IMG/VR virus record: IMGVR_UViG_3300014205_000023
Span: 1,481 to 65,480 of that record
DNA length: 64,000 bases
DNA from: a virus
Taxonomy: Duplodnaviria; Caudoviricetes
Direction: 5' to 3' (one strand)
Shown here: in pieces, positions 54,971 to 64,000 of the stretch
How the letters are laid out: every line of letters starts with the position of its first letter
Position numbering within the stretch: position 1 is the first letter of the stretch
The notes under the pieces: model-generated
The model's input: only the letters and a program-made list of their open reading frames with translations
Databases searched by the model: none
What the model was told of the DNA's origin: nothing
Program-made: the position numbers and the translations under genes

Positions 54971-56169
54971 CAGTCAACCCCGAGCACAAGCGCGCCCTTG
55001 GGAATCAGCTTCAGCTTGGTCCGCTCGCCGCGGTCGTCTACCGTGAACTCGCGGTCCATCACCCACAGGTCGTCGTCAATGCCGAGCGCTTCGATGTAGC
55101 AGTGGCAGATCGTGTCAGGCGTCCACACGGCGCCGGTTGCGGCAACCAATCCGGCAACAGTTGCCTCCAAGTAGTACGCCTGTGCCGCGCGCGTGCCCAT
55201 GATGAGCCGCGCCATGTTCTTGCAGCGCTGAATGTCGCGCGCTTCCTTGTCGCACACGAAGCGCGGCTTCCACTGTGCCGAGCTGGACGAGTACGACCCC
55301 GGACCGGCCTGGATTGGAACGGTCGCCATCTTGCCGTACGGTGCGCCGCTGGGCCGCGTCAGCCCCTCGACGTAGCAGCGAGCGCCCGGCATCGCGCAAG
55401 CCTTGGCCGAGTCGTCGTCGCTGGACTGACCGCGCACAACCACCTCGGAATAGAGGCCGTCGTTCGAGTCGTGAATGGTCAACTCGTCAACGCAATAGTC
55501 GCCGCTGACCTTGTGCGCCGAGTCCTGAACGATGGTGTAGCTGGCGGCCTGGTCGTAGTCCGGCGCGGTAAGGTACAACTCGCCCTTGTAGTTGCAGAAC
55601 AGCACTACGCCGAGCCGCGAGAACACGCGCGAACAGAACTGGTAAGCGGTCTCGCCCTCCTGCGCCTGCAGTTCCTTGAGCGTCAGCGCCTTGACGTCGC
55701 GAGCCGCCGCCCGGCCCTTCGGTGCCTTGCCGGTCAGCGCGTTGACGTGCGCGGACGAGTCGCCAATCAGCGTGTCGAACCCGTACGCCGCAAGTACCTC
55801 AAGCAGCACGTTCGACACAGGAACGTCCGACTTGAACCGGCGCGTAAGCTCTGGGTCAACGCTGCCCTCGTTCGCCGCGGACAGCTTGGATTGCGCCACC
55901 ACGTCCAGCACGCACCCGTCGCTGCTAAGCCTGGCGTCGGTCGATACGATGATCGGCGTGGCCAGTGGGTTGCCGTTCACCAACAGTTCGAACGGCTCGC
56001 CGCGGCGCAGTCTGTTACGATAGTCGGCGAACTGCTCGCGGGGCGGTACAATCGTCAGGTCGTACGAGCCGAGCGCATCAGAGAACCCCTCGCGAATGCT
56101 GGCCTTGGTCCATGCAGTGCAGTCGGTCCCGTCAGAGAACCGCACAGAGAGCGAGCCGCCGCGAGCCAT
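54970..56169 (-). CDS. Baseplate hub (Mu gp44-like)
   Basis: WTKASIREGFSDALGSYDL, QEGETAYQF, YSEVVVRGQ, VWTPDT. Confidence 0.85.
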   Translation of the reverse strand: MARGGSLSVRFSDGTDCTAWTKASIREGFSDALGSYDLTIVPPREQFADYRNRLRRGEPFELLVNGNPLATPIIVSTDARLSSDGCVLDVVAQSKLSAANEGSVDPELTRRFKSDVPVSNVLLEVLAAYGFDTLIGDSSAHVNALTGKAPKGRAAARDVKALTLKELQAQEGETAYQFCSRVFSRLGVVLFCNYKGELYLTAPDYDQAASYTIVQDSAHKVSGDYCVDELTIHDSNDGLYSEVVVRGQSSDDDSAKACAMPGARCYVEGLTRPSGAPYGKMATVPIQAGPGSYSSSSAQWKPRFVCDKEARDIQRCKNMARLIMGTRAAQAYYLEATVAGLVAATGAVWTPDTICHCYIEALGIDDDLWVMDREFTVDDRGERTKLKLIPKGALVLGVD

Positions 56170-57056
56170 CAGGCGTAGTACCTGTAGGCCGTGCCGCTCT
56201 TGACGATCGGGTTGCCGAGTAGCGTCGGGTTGAGCGTCATCAGGTCGGCAAGGCTGTTGCCGGTCGAGTCGGCCAGCTCGTCCAGGGTCGTATCGCCGAC
56301 GGTCGTACCGGTTGCGATTGTGCGCGACAGCTTGACGCCGGCTTTCTCGCCCAGAGACTCAAACGCGCCCCAGAGCTTCACGAGCGCGTCTTTCGCGGCG
56401 TAGTACGAGTGGTTCTGCTCGGCATCGATGAAGCCGATCAGCTCGTCAATCTTGCCCTGCGCCTGGTTGATCATGCCGTCAATGGCCAGGTCAACGCTGT
56501 ACATGGCAGACTCGACCATGGCGATTGCGTCCCATGCATCGGTCACGGCTTCCTCGCTGGGCCACGGGATGTTGGCCGCCGCAACGGACGCCTGCGCCTC
56601 GGTCTTGGCCGCCGCGACGCTCACGTTGGTTGCGTCGTCCCATGCGTCCGCGGTCGGGTCGGTCAAGTCCTCTTCCCACTTGAACTCGACGAGCACGCCC
56701 GAGGTTGTGCGCGCCTCGACTGTCACGGACCCGCTGATGATGCGCACGTCGAGCGGGCCGAGCAGCGGGTGGATCATCTCCTTGGATGACCCGTCGAACA
56801 GGACGCGCTTCCACTCGTCCCACTTCTGCGGGAACGATTCGAGCTCCAGGCTGTTCAGAAAGTACAGCTTAAAGCCGCCCGCGTGCGACTTGCGCCCGAC
56901 GTTGTCGTGCCCGTCGCGGTCGATGTACGGGTAGTGGCGCGGCGTGACGCAATTGTCGAAGTCGAACGAAGCGACGTCGTACTCGGGCGACACAAGCCCG
57001 TCGAGCTTCATGCGGGCAAGGCCGAGTACGGCCGACATGGGCGATACGGTTGCCAT
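56169..57056 (-). CDS. Mu gp43-like DNA circularisation / tail-tube initiator protein
   Basis: ASF..HYPYIDRDGHDNVGR, LFDG..MIHPLLG; C-terminal LysM-like segment. Confidence 0.8.
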   Translation of the reverse strand: MATVSPMSAVLGLARMKLDGLVSPEYDVASFDFDNCVTPRHYPYIDRDGHDNVGRKSHAGGFKLYFLNSLELESFPQKWDEWKRVLFDGSSKEMIHPLLGPLDVRIISGSVTVEARTTSGVLVEFKWEEDLTDPTADAWDDATNVSVAAAKTEAQASVAAANIPWPSEEAVTDAWDAIAMVESAMYSVDLAIDGMINQAQGKIDELIGFIDAEQNHSYYAAKDALVKLWGAFESLGEKAGVKLSRTIATGTTVGDTTLDELADSTGNSLADLMTLNPTLLGNPIVKSGTAYRYYA

Positions 57057-59281
57057 CAGAACAGGCTCACGCCGGACCAGGGACTGCCGCCGGGCTTACG
57101 CCCGCCGCCCTGGTTGTCGATCTTCACGCCGTCGATCTTGTCGGCCGCGCCAGAGATAGACCGGACCAGGTTGGACAGGGCGCCGCCCATCTCGTTGGCC
57201 GTGCCCTCATCCTTCTCCGAGGTCTGGAGGCCGGGGATCTTGCCGAGACCAGGGATCTGGCTCATGAGTAGCCCGAGGCCGCTGCCGTACTTGAGGATTC
57301 CGCCGAGCGCGCGCTGACGTCCGATCTGGTCGGCGTCGTATGCGTCGGCCTCTTGGGCCGTTACGTCACCGGCTGCAGCGGCTTCGGCTGCGCTGCCTAG
57401 CGGGTGGGCCATGTTGAAGCCCTCGTCATACAGCTTCTGGTACTTCGCCCACTTCTTGGCTCGTTCGGGATCCATTCCCTCGGCGCCGGCAATCTCGGCC
57501 ACCTTCTCAAGCGGCAGATCCGGCCCCATCGTCTCCCGAATCTCGGCAAGCTTCCTTTGCTCTGAGCCGCTCAGGGCGAGATCGGCAAGTCCTTGTTGGC
57601 CACGCTCTGCCATCCGCGTACCCTTGCGGAAATCGGCCTTGCCCTTGTCGAGAATGCCGGCTGCATACAGCTTCTCAACTAGTTCGCCGAGCCCGTCGGC
57701 CGCCGCAAAGGCAGCCTCGGCCAAGAAGTCAATGGCCTGCGCGCCCTGGTCAGACTGAAGTAGGCTCGACAGTTGCGTTGCAAGGCCGGTGAACGCCGGG
57801 ATGAGCGAGTCGTTCGCCGACGACTTCAGCGACTCCCACGCAGTAGTGAGCTGTGCGCTGGCGGACTGGCCACGAATGGCCGCGTCCTCCTGAACGTCAC
57901 TGTACTGGGCGCCGGTCGTTGCGGCATTGGCCAACATCTCGCGGACGGCCGCCTCTCCAGCGGCCAGATCCTTCCCGCCCTTGCTGGCCGCCTCAAACGC
58001 TGCGATGAGTGGGGAGATGGCCTTGACGCCGCGCTTGTCGAAGGTGTCCTCCATCTTTCGCTGGTCGCCCTTGTAGCCCTTGATGACGCCAACGAGTACG
58101 TCGTTGATGTCCTTGGTCTCGTGCCCCTCTTTGCCCTTCTTCCAGATGCTGAAGCCGGCGCCGCGCTTGATGTCGTCGCTCTTGGCCACGAGCTGGCCAA
58201 ACATGCTCTGGAGCGCGGTCTTCGCCTCGGCCGCCTCGCCAGTAGAGGACTTGGCGATCTGCATGAGGCCGCCCACCTTGCGCACGCCCTCTGAACCCTT
58301 CAGCCCGCCGAAGCGCTCAGTGGTAGCGCCGATCTCGGCCATGTAGGCAGCCATGTCGGACAGCTCAAAGGCGCCCTTCTTGCCCTGGAAGGTCAGATCG
58401 GCAATGGCCTGGGTCATCTCGCCAGTGCCTTCAATGCCGAACTTCTGGAACAGCGTCGCCATCGTGTTGCCGAGGTCGGCGCCGGCCACGTCGGTCGCGA
58501 CCATGATCTCGGCCATCTGGTCTTGCCACTGCTGGGCAACGTCGAGCCGGCCCGTGCGCGTCGTGAACTGCGACACGGCGGCGCCGATCTGCTCGGCCTT
58601 TGCGCCGGGCGTACCGAGCGCGGCCTGTTCCCAGCCGCTTCGAATCGCCGTAGCGCTCTGTGCCTTCTCGCCCGGCATGCGGCCCTGCACGGCTACCTTG
58701 CTGGCCATGGTCTGTAGGTCCAGGCCCTCGCGCAACGCAGCGCCGCCGACCAGTGACGCGCCGGCCAGTGCCGAACCGGCCAGGCCCATGCCGAGCCGCG
58801 CGCCCTCGCCAGCGAACCCGGCGATCTTGCCAATGCGCTCGTTGCGGAGCCTGGCATTGGACTGTGCCCAGCGCTGCGCGTTCCTGGCCTGCTCTTTCTG
58901 AGCTCGGGTCTGTCGCTTCAGTGCGTCTGTGATCAGGCGCTCGCGTAGCTTCTGCGTCCTGGCCTCGCCAGCGACGGACCTGGATTGCGCCCTCTCCGTC
59001 GCGGCGTGGACCTTCTGCTCCTGCTTGATCCGGTAGTCGGCACTCTTCTGTGCGAGCTTCTGCCAGCGCGCGGCCTCGCGCTCCTGCGTCCTGTCCTGTG
59101 CGGGTGCGCGCCCAGCGCGAGGGGAGCCGGGGGCGCCTGGCATGGCCCGCAGCTTCATGCCCTGGCCAGCGAATGCGCGAGACGCGGAAGACGCGCCCTT
59201 GGCCGCCTGCTCAATCGACTTGAAGGCAGCGATGACCTCGGCCGCGCCGGTCGAGCTGAAGTTGTAGCGGACCGAACTCAC
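57056..59281 (-). CDS. Tape measure protein
   Basis: 741 aa, Ala/Gly-rich helical; QGKKGAFELSDMA core. Confidence 0.88.
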   Translation of the reverse strand: MSSVRYNFSSTGAAEVIAAFKSIEQAAKGASSASRAFAGQGMKLRAMPGAPGSPRAGRAPAQDRTQEREAARWQKLAQKSADYRIKQEQKVHAATERAQSRSVAGEARTQKLRERLITDALKRQTRAQKEQARNAQRWAQSNARLRNERIGKIAGFAGEGARLGMGLAGSALAGASLVGGAALREGLDLQTMASKVAVQGRMPGEKAQSATAIRSGWEQAALGTPGAKAEQIGAAVSQFTTRTGRLDVAQQWQDQMAEIMVATDVAGADLGNTMATLFQKFGIEGTGEMTQAIADLTFQGKKGAFELSDMAAYMAEIGATTERFGGLKGSEGVRKVGGLMQIAKSSTGEAAEAKTALQSMFGQLVAKSDDIKRGAGFSIWKKGKEGHETKDINDVLVGVIKGYKGDQRKMEDTFDKRGVKAISPLIAAFEAASKGGKDLAAGEAAVREMLANAATTGAQYSDVQEDAAIRGQSASAQLTTAWESLKSSANDSLIPAFTGLATQLSSLLQSDQGAQAIDFLAEAAFAAADGLGELVEKLYAAGILDKGKADFRKGTRMAERGQQGLADLALSGSEQRKLAEIRETMGPDLPLEKVAEIAGAEGMDPERAKKWAKYQKLYDEGFNMAHPLGSAAEAAAAGDVTAQEADAYDADQIGRQRALGGILKYGSGLGLLMSQIPGLGKIPGLQTSEKDEGTANEMGGALSNLVRSISGAADKIDGVKIDNQGGGRKPGGSPWSGVSLF

Positions 59282-59631
59282 ATCGACCCCAGCTTGGCGT
59301 CGGCCTTGGCGATGACGCGCGCGATCCCGGCGTCTGCCATCTCGGCCGCGTCGCGGATGCGCGAGTAGCCGAGCGCGTCAACATAACTCGCGTATTCCAT
59401 GCCCATCAGCAGGTCGATATCAAACTCGCCCTCGACACTGGCCGGCATTGGCCTGGCCATGGTCGAGTGTTCAAGCCGGCCGGTCCTGTTCTGGTACGGG
59501 TGCCGGTCGCGCTCGAACTCGGCGGCGCGTTGAACGGCCCGCAAAGCCCTGTCCGGTAGGTGACGAAAGAACGCCTCGGCACTGCGCGTCAGTGCGCGCA
59601 CCTCGGAGTCGTCAACGTCAACCTTGTACAT
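59278..59631 (-). CDS. HK97 gp10-like tail completion protein
   Basis: YQNRTGRLEHS...GMEYASYV. Confidence 0.65.
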   Translation of the reverse strand: MYKVDVDDSEVRALTRSAEAFFRHLPDRALRAVQRAAEFERDRHPYQNRTGRLEHSTMARPMPASVEGEFDIDLLMGMEYASYVDALGYSRIRDAAEMADAGIARVIAKADAKLGSM

Positions 59632-59634
59632 GGG

Positions 59635-60276
59635 TCAGTCCTGCGGTTCTGCGGCGGGCGGCTCGGCTTCGACTGGCGTGGGCGCTCCCCACCCGAGCAG
59701 GTCTGCCAACCGCATGGCGAGAAGTGTAAACGCTTGCGTCAACCACTCGCGCGAGCAGTCGGCAAGCACGGCTTCGGGGATCTCGGTGTGTCGAGCGGCC
59801 CAGCACCCGCGCGCGACGGCCTCGACCGTCTCGTGGTCCAGCTCAGAGCGCAGCGGCGACTCGGAGCGCTTTACCTCGGTTAGCAGGTTGTGGAGACAGG
59901 CTAGCTGGTCGCTGGTCAGGTGCTTGCGCATCCACTGCGGGCCGCCCGAGAACGCCGGGTACGGGATGGCGCCCGGATCTTCGACGGGTACCTTGCACGT
60001 CCTGAACAGCACCTCGACGATCTTGGCGTCGCAGAGAATGTCGGGGTCGTGCCGGGCCATCTCGTCCGTGCCGGCCCGCTCCCTGGCGTGCTGGTGCGCG
60101 GCGACGACGGCGCCGTCCTCCTCGGCCTTGGTCGGCACAAGGAAGGCCACTTCTGGAATCGCCTTGCCGCCCAGGCCGAAGAACCCCGAGACGTCGAACC
60201 GGTGCGCCTTGCGCTGCCGCGCGTCGAGGATCTTCGTCAGTTCGCTGACTGGTACGGCCGCAGTCTTCTCAGCCAT
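59635..60276 (-). CDS. Tail assembly chaperone-like protein 2
   Basis: Between tube and tape measure genes; LTSDQLACL..SPL. Confidence 0.65.
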   Translation of the reverse strand: MAEKTAAVPVSELTKILDARQRKAHRFDVSGFFGLGGKAIPEVAFLVPTKAEEDGAVVAAHQHARERAGTDEMARHDPDILCDAKIVEVLFRTCKVPVEDPGAIPYPAFSGGPQWMRKHLTSDQLACLHNLLTEVKRSESPLRSELDHETVEAVARGCWAARHTEIPEAVLADCSREWLTQAFTLLAMRLADLLGWGAPTPVEAEPPAAEPQD

Positions 60277-60871
60277 GGGTTGTACCTCCTCGGATCTTCC
60301 AGATGCGGCCGAACGCGGCCCGGTACGCCATGAGCTGCCCGCCCGTCAGCTCGCCGACGCACCGGCCGAACCAGCGATCGGGGCGCGGGTTCCGGCACGT
60401 GCCGTGCGGCCCAAGCGACACGTCGCAGCAATCGGCCATGGCGGCGGCTAGCGCGATGTTCTGCGCCGACACAGCGCCCTCGCTGAGCGCTGCATCCCAC
60501 AGGTCAGCGTCGACCAGTACCTCGCATGGCGAGACGATGTGGAGCGCCCCGAACACCGCAACGGACAGCGCGCGGTGCTCTGCGCAGCTCAGCCGATCCA
60601 CGTCAGCAGATGCACGAAAAGCGCGCCCCTCGCCGGCCATGAGTGCCAGCGAAACGAGCGCGCTTAGTGCCCCATCGGTCGGCCTGTCGGCGCCCTCAGA
60701 GTCAGTAGCGGCTGCGAACTCCAGCCCAGTCAGAGCCCGGACCGCCAGAGGCAGGTCGGGTGCGAAGGAAAGCCGGTAGGGGATGTGGAGCGTCGGCCGG
60801 TCGCAGCTGGCCAGAAGACGCCACAGGCGAGCGTGGCCTACGTGCTTTGGGGGCTCCGTAGGCCAGCGCAT
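60269..60871 (-). CDS. Tail assembly chaperone-like protein 1
   Basis: Directly after the tube gene; LAVRALTGLE pattern. Confidence 0.6.
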   Translation of the reverse strand: MRWPTEPPKHVGHARLWRLLASCDRPTLHIPYRLSFAPDLPLAVRALTGLEFAAATDSEGADRPTDGALSALVSLALMAGEGRAFRASADVDRLSCAEHRALSVAVFGALHIVSPCEVLVDADLWDAALSEGAVSAQNIALAAAMADCCDVSLGPHGTCRNPRPDRWFGRCVGELTGGQLMAYRAAFGRIWKIRGGTTHG

Positions 60872-60878
60872 GCCAATG

Positions 60879-61250
60879 CTACTCGAACAGAGCCGGAGTC
60901 CCCACGAAGTCAAAGCTGATGTTGGCGGTCTGGCCAACGCCGGCCGAGCGCTTCACCGAGGTGATGTAGCCCTTGGTGACGCAGGACTTGCCGCTGCCGA
61001 CTTGCTGGATCTTCAGCTCGACATTCGTGCGGTTGATCTTGGCGCCCTCAAAGTCGTAGTCCTCGCCGGCAATCGGCGAAACGTTCGTGGCGCTCACGGT
61101 CCGCTTGTCGGGCGATGGCGACAGCCCGGCCCAGCCGAGCGGGATCGTCATGACCTCTTGGTCGTCGCTGACAAGCTCCGTATCGATCGTGGTGTTGTTG
61201 GCGAGCAGGATGCCGTCGCAGTACAGGACGCAGTTGCTATAGAGTGCCAT
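60879..61250 (-). CDS. Tail tube protein
   Basis: 123 aa directly after the sheath gene. Confidence 0.8.
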   Translation of the reverse strand: MALYSNCVLYCDGILLANNTTIDTELVSDDQEVMTIPLGWAGLSPSPDKRTVSATNVSPIAGEDYDFEGAKINRTNVELKIQQVGSGKSCVTKGYITSVKRSAGVGQTANISFDFVGTPALFE

Positions 61251-61264
61251 GGTCGGGCTCCGTG

Positions 61265-62815
61265 CTAGTAGGCGTCCCCAACTTCGAGGATCTTCGTCTC
61301 GCTCTTGAGGTTGTGCTCAATCGCGAACAGCTCAGCCGAGATCGTGACGCCGGCCGGGATCTTCGCGGTGATGATGCTGGCCTTCATCTTGTCGGCCTTG
61401 CTCGGGGCGAGTACCGGGCCGTCGTAGATGCCGAGCGGCTTGGAGCTGGTCAGGTCGTCTATGACGCCGATCATGATGCTCCGCACGCTGTCGGGCGTGG
61501 TCGTGCGCGCCTTGGGCATCTGGCCCGCGGCGGGGTTGTCATCCACGAAGGGCTGCTTCTGCGCCGCATACCGGTCAGCAAAGAGCTGCCAGGCAAACGT
61601 CACGGCGCTCAGGATGTGCCCCTCGCGCGCCTTGTAGTCCTTGTCGCCGGTGGCCGACTCACTGCGCGACGAGATATCGCGCACCAGGTAGGTCTTGCCG
61701 TTGGGCCGCGTCGCGATGGGCGAGCCGCCGTTGTTCAGGTCGGCTCGGACCTCGGTTGCGCTGGGCCGGTCTGCAATGAGCGCCGGGGCCGGGATGGTCC
61801 AGGGCGTGTTGTCGGTGGCGCAGTAGCCGGCGATGTTGGCCGACGGGTGGGCAACCTCAGACACGCGCTTCACTGCCGCGCAGTGGGCCGCGATCATGCT
61901 GCCAGGCAGATCGTTGTTCTCGGCCCAGTACGAGTGGGCGCGGGTCGAGTTGAGCGCAACGCACTGGGTCGTGTGCGCCCCCTGCGTGCCAGTGAAGCCA
62001 GAGAACTGGAGTTGCTCTTTGCCGTTCGCCGGTGCGGCTTGCGCCACGATGGCGGCCAGGAACTCACCGAGCTGGTTGTCAGTCGCGAGCGGGGCGGTGG
62101 TGATCCACGGGAGAACGTGGTAGTAGTTCTCGTGATTCATCGCCGAGGCAATGACGGCGGTGCCGTCGTCCTCGGTGGTGCCGGCAGTGACGGCCGCCTT
62201 CGTCACGGTCAGGGTGCACGGAACAGTGAAGCGTGCCCGGCAGCCGAACCCGGCGCCGCCTAGGATCTGGCCGTGGCGCGGACCCTTGTGGACGTGCGTA
62301 ACGGTGACATTCGGCGATGCGTCGGTCACGACAATCGGAAGGCTGGACTGCTCCGCGTCGTTCAGCGCAACGACGGCATTGGCCACAACGGTCGCAACCA
62401 GATCGCCGCTCGTCACCGCAACGTCAACGGTGCGGCCCATGATGGTGAACCGCAGCGTAGAGTTTGCGGTCGCGCTCGCACCGCCAGCAATCGCAAATTC
62501 GACGTGAGCCGCGTTGCCAACGGACTCGGTGACCGCTGCGCCGTAGATGGTCGCGGACGGGTCGACCGCCACATAGTAGCGGTACATCCACGTGACTTCG
62601 CTTCGACGGCCGAAGCGCGTAACACAGTCGGCCTCGTCGAGGATCGGCAGCGTCGGGTCGAGCGTGTCGACGGTCTCAGAGCCGGTTGCCTGCTTGTTGC
62701 CGTACAGGACGACGGTGCGCACGGTGCCACCGGACGAACCGGGGCCCGCACCAAGAATCAGTTCACGCCGATCGCTCGGGGTCGGGTCAAGGGGATCAAC
62801 ACCAGTGAGGGTCAT
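61265..62815 (-). CDS. Tail sheath protein (Mu gpL-like)
   Basis: FGRRSEVTWMY, SDLPIV, PSATEVRADLNNGGSP, YLVRDIS. Confidence 0.9.
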   Translation of the reverse strand: MTLTGVDPLDPTPSDRRELILGAGPGSSGGTVRTVVLYGNKQATGSETVDTLDPTLPILDEADCVTRFGRRSEVTWMYRYYVAVDPSATIYGAAVTESVGNAAHVEFAIAGGASATANSTLRFTIMGRTVDVAVTSGDLVATVVANAVVALNDAEQSSLPIVVTDASPNVTVTHVHKGPRHGQILGGAGFGCRARFTVPCTLTVTKAAVTAGTTEDDGTAVIASAMNHENYYHVLPWITTAPLATDNQLGEFLAAIVAQAAPANGKEQLQFSGFTGTQGAHTTQCVALNSTRAHSYWAENNDLPGSMIAAHCAAVKRVSEVAHPSANIAGYCATDNTPWTIPAPALIADRPSATEVRADLNNGGSPIATRPNGKTYLVRDISSRSESATGDKDYKAREGHILSAVTFAWQLFADRYAAQKQPFVDDNPAAGQMPKARTTTPDSVRSIMIGVIDDLTSSKPLGIYDGPVLAPSKADKMKASIITAKIPAGVTISAELFAIEHNLKSETKILEVGDAY

Positions 62816-62821
62816 CGGTCA

Positions 62822-63088
62822 TTACTCCTTGGCCGACTTCGCCGGCTTGCTGACTTGGGTGGGCACGGCGAACTTCGCCTGCGCCTCTCCAATCGACTGC
62901 GCGACGAGCTGGTCAACCAGGACCAGATCGCCCTTCGCAATGGCCTTGCGCAGATCGCCGTGGTCGCGAATGACCTGCTCGAACTGCTTCTCGCGGCGCC
63001 GGTCGGTGCCGACGTACACGGGCGCATCGGCCCACGGGTTGCTTACCGCGGCGCCTGGCACTCCCTGGACCTTCAAGAATCGGGGCAT
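62822..63088 (-). CDS. Small pre-sheath protein (Mu gp38-like)
   Basis: LRKAIAKGDLV motif, just before the sheath gene. Confidence 0.7.
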   Translation of the reverse strand: MPRFLKVQGVPGAAVSNPWADAPVYVGTDRRREKQFEQVIRDHGDLRKAIAKGDLVLVDQLVAQSIGEAQAKFAVPTQVSKPAKSAKE

Positions 63089-63149
63089 GATCTCTCCCTG
63101 GCCGTCCCGGTTGGGGCAGCCCGAATCGTCGTTGCTGCGGCGCTCGCTG

Positions 63150-63632
63150 CTAGGCCATCTGGCCAGCGCGCATCAGTCGCCAGTTCGTGCCGTCAAAGTA
63201 GAAGTCGGCGAAGTAGCGCACCGACACCGGCATAGTGATCAGCGTGCCGGCACCGGCGCCGCCGTTGACAACAGCGTACGTGTTGGCCGTCACGTCCAGC
63301 CGCGTAATGGTCAGCTCGTCACCGGCCGCTGCACCGGTCGTGCTGAGCGTCGCCACGTGGTTCGCGGTCAGCGTAGCGGCGGGCAGAATGCGCCAGCGCT
63401 TGCCCGATGCGTACAAGGTCGCGTCGGCGTTCGTCAGGTTCGCGCCGAGTTGCTGAACCCTGACCCGGTGCCAGCGCCCGACGGTGCCGCCCGAGTAGGA
63501 TAGAACCGTTTCGCTGTTGGCCGTGGTCGTGTCGCCCGGGATCCAGCGGTATAGGTGCGGCTGGTCCAACGGGATCGCGTAGTGCGCAATCGACGGGCCC
63601 CAGTCGGTCTCAATGGCGCTGATTGACGCCAT
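63150..63632 (-). CDS. Small fibre-like protein with one GRW module
   Basis: LYRWIPGDTTTAN..TVGRWHRV; C-terminal FYFDGTNW. Confidence 0.65.
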   Translation of the reverse strand: MASISAIETDWGPSIAHYAIPLDQPHLYRWIPGDTTTANSETVLSYSGGTVGRWHRVRVQQLGANLTNADATLYASGKRWRILPAATLTANHVATLSTTGAAAGDELTITRLDVTANTYAVVNGGAGAGTLITMPVSVRYFADFYFDGTNWRLMRAGQMA

Positions 63633-63858
63633 GACCGTAGCGGCACGGCGAGCCTCAGCCACGGGCCAGGCCCTCCAGGTACCAGATGTCAAGCAACCGC
63701 TCGGCGAAGTGTCCGATCGTGCTGTAGCGTCGCATCAGCTGGGAACCTCGTCGGTCAGCGGCCAATCGTCTGGAGCTTGCAGTTCGTTCCCGAGCAGGTA
63801 GACCTGGCACGCGGACAGGATCCGCAGCATCTGTAGGAGCACGTCGAGTCGCGACACG

Positions 63859-63999
63859 TCAGTCAAGATCCTCGCTCCCGTCCGGCGCACCAAGCGTGCG
63901 ATCCATGATCCAGGTCGTCTCGTCGAAGCCGCCGTCGGTGCCGTAGATGCTGACCTGCATATCGCGGTTGACGTCTGCGGGATCTTCGAGCACGTCGGC
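63859..63999 (-). CDS. C-terminus of a neck/tail-terminator-region gene, 5'-truncated
   Basis: Manual translation ADVLEDPADVNRDMQVSIYGTDGGFDETTWIMDRTLGAPDGSEDLD*. Confidence 0.5.
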   Translation of the reverse strand, partial: ADVLEDPADVNRDMQVSIYGTDGGFDETTWIMDRTLGAPDGSEDLD

Positions 64000-64000
64000 G

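Larger units (their letters stand above)
1..64000. mobile_element. Near-complete temperate contractile-tailed phage genome (Mu-like tail/baseplate, headful-type terminase, lambdoid-style early region), circularly permuted
   Basis: Terminase, portal, protease, capsid, sheath, tube, tape measure, baseplate, lysis, integrase, repressor and DnaB are all present. No host housekeeping genes seen. Both window ends cut head-tail joining genes on the same strand. Confidence 0.95.

Overview
The window is almost certainly a nearly complete, circularly permuted genome of a high-GC temperate phage with a contractile tail (myovirus). It starts inside a Mu gp36-like head-tail adaptor gene and ends inside a gene just upstream of the tail sheath region. 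Mu-like gene order puts these two genes close together, so probably only about 1-2 kb is missing (inference). Minus strand 1-10 kb: head genes (Mu-like DUF935 portal, HK97-type prohead protease with scaffold tail, two paralogous decoration genes, major capsid protein), a 627-aa repeat fibre, terminase and a 76-nt tRNA with a CAT anticodon. 10-13 kb: a serine-recombinase unit bounded by palindromic sites, then a repeat-rich non-coding stretch. 13-25.7 kb (minus): accessory genes, RuvC-like resolvase, DnaB plus initiator, stand-alone TSCPD domain, tyrosine integrase with xis-like gene and candidate attP, Dam methylase, CII-like gene. 25.7-26.9 kb: immunity region with twin promoters. 27-38.2 kb (plus): pentapeptide protein, exonuclease/Sak4-like/SSB-like recombination trio, then two arrays of small genes joined by repeated DNA. 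38.4-64 kb (minus): proteasome-beta-like Thr protease, metallophosphoesterase, lysis genes, tailspike/fibres, Mu-like baseplate, tape measure, tube and sheath. The integrase is internal and flanked by phage genes on both sides, which suggests an excised or virion form rather than an integrated prophage. All family assignments come from recalled motifs and gene order; no database search was run. The host cannot be determined from the sequence alone.
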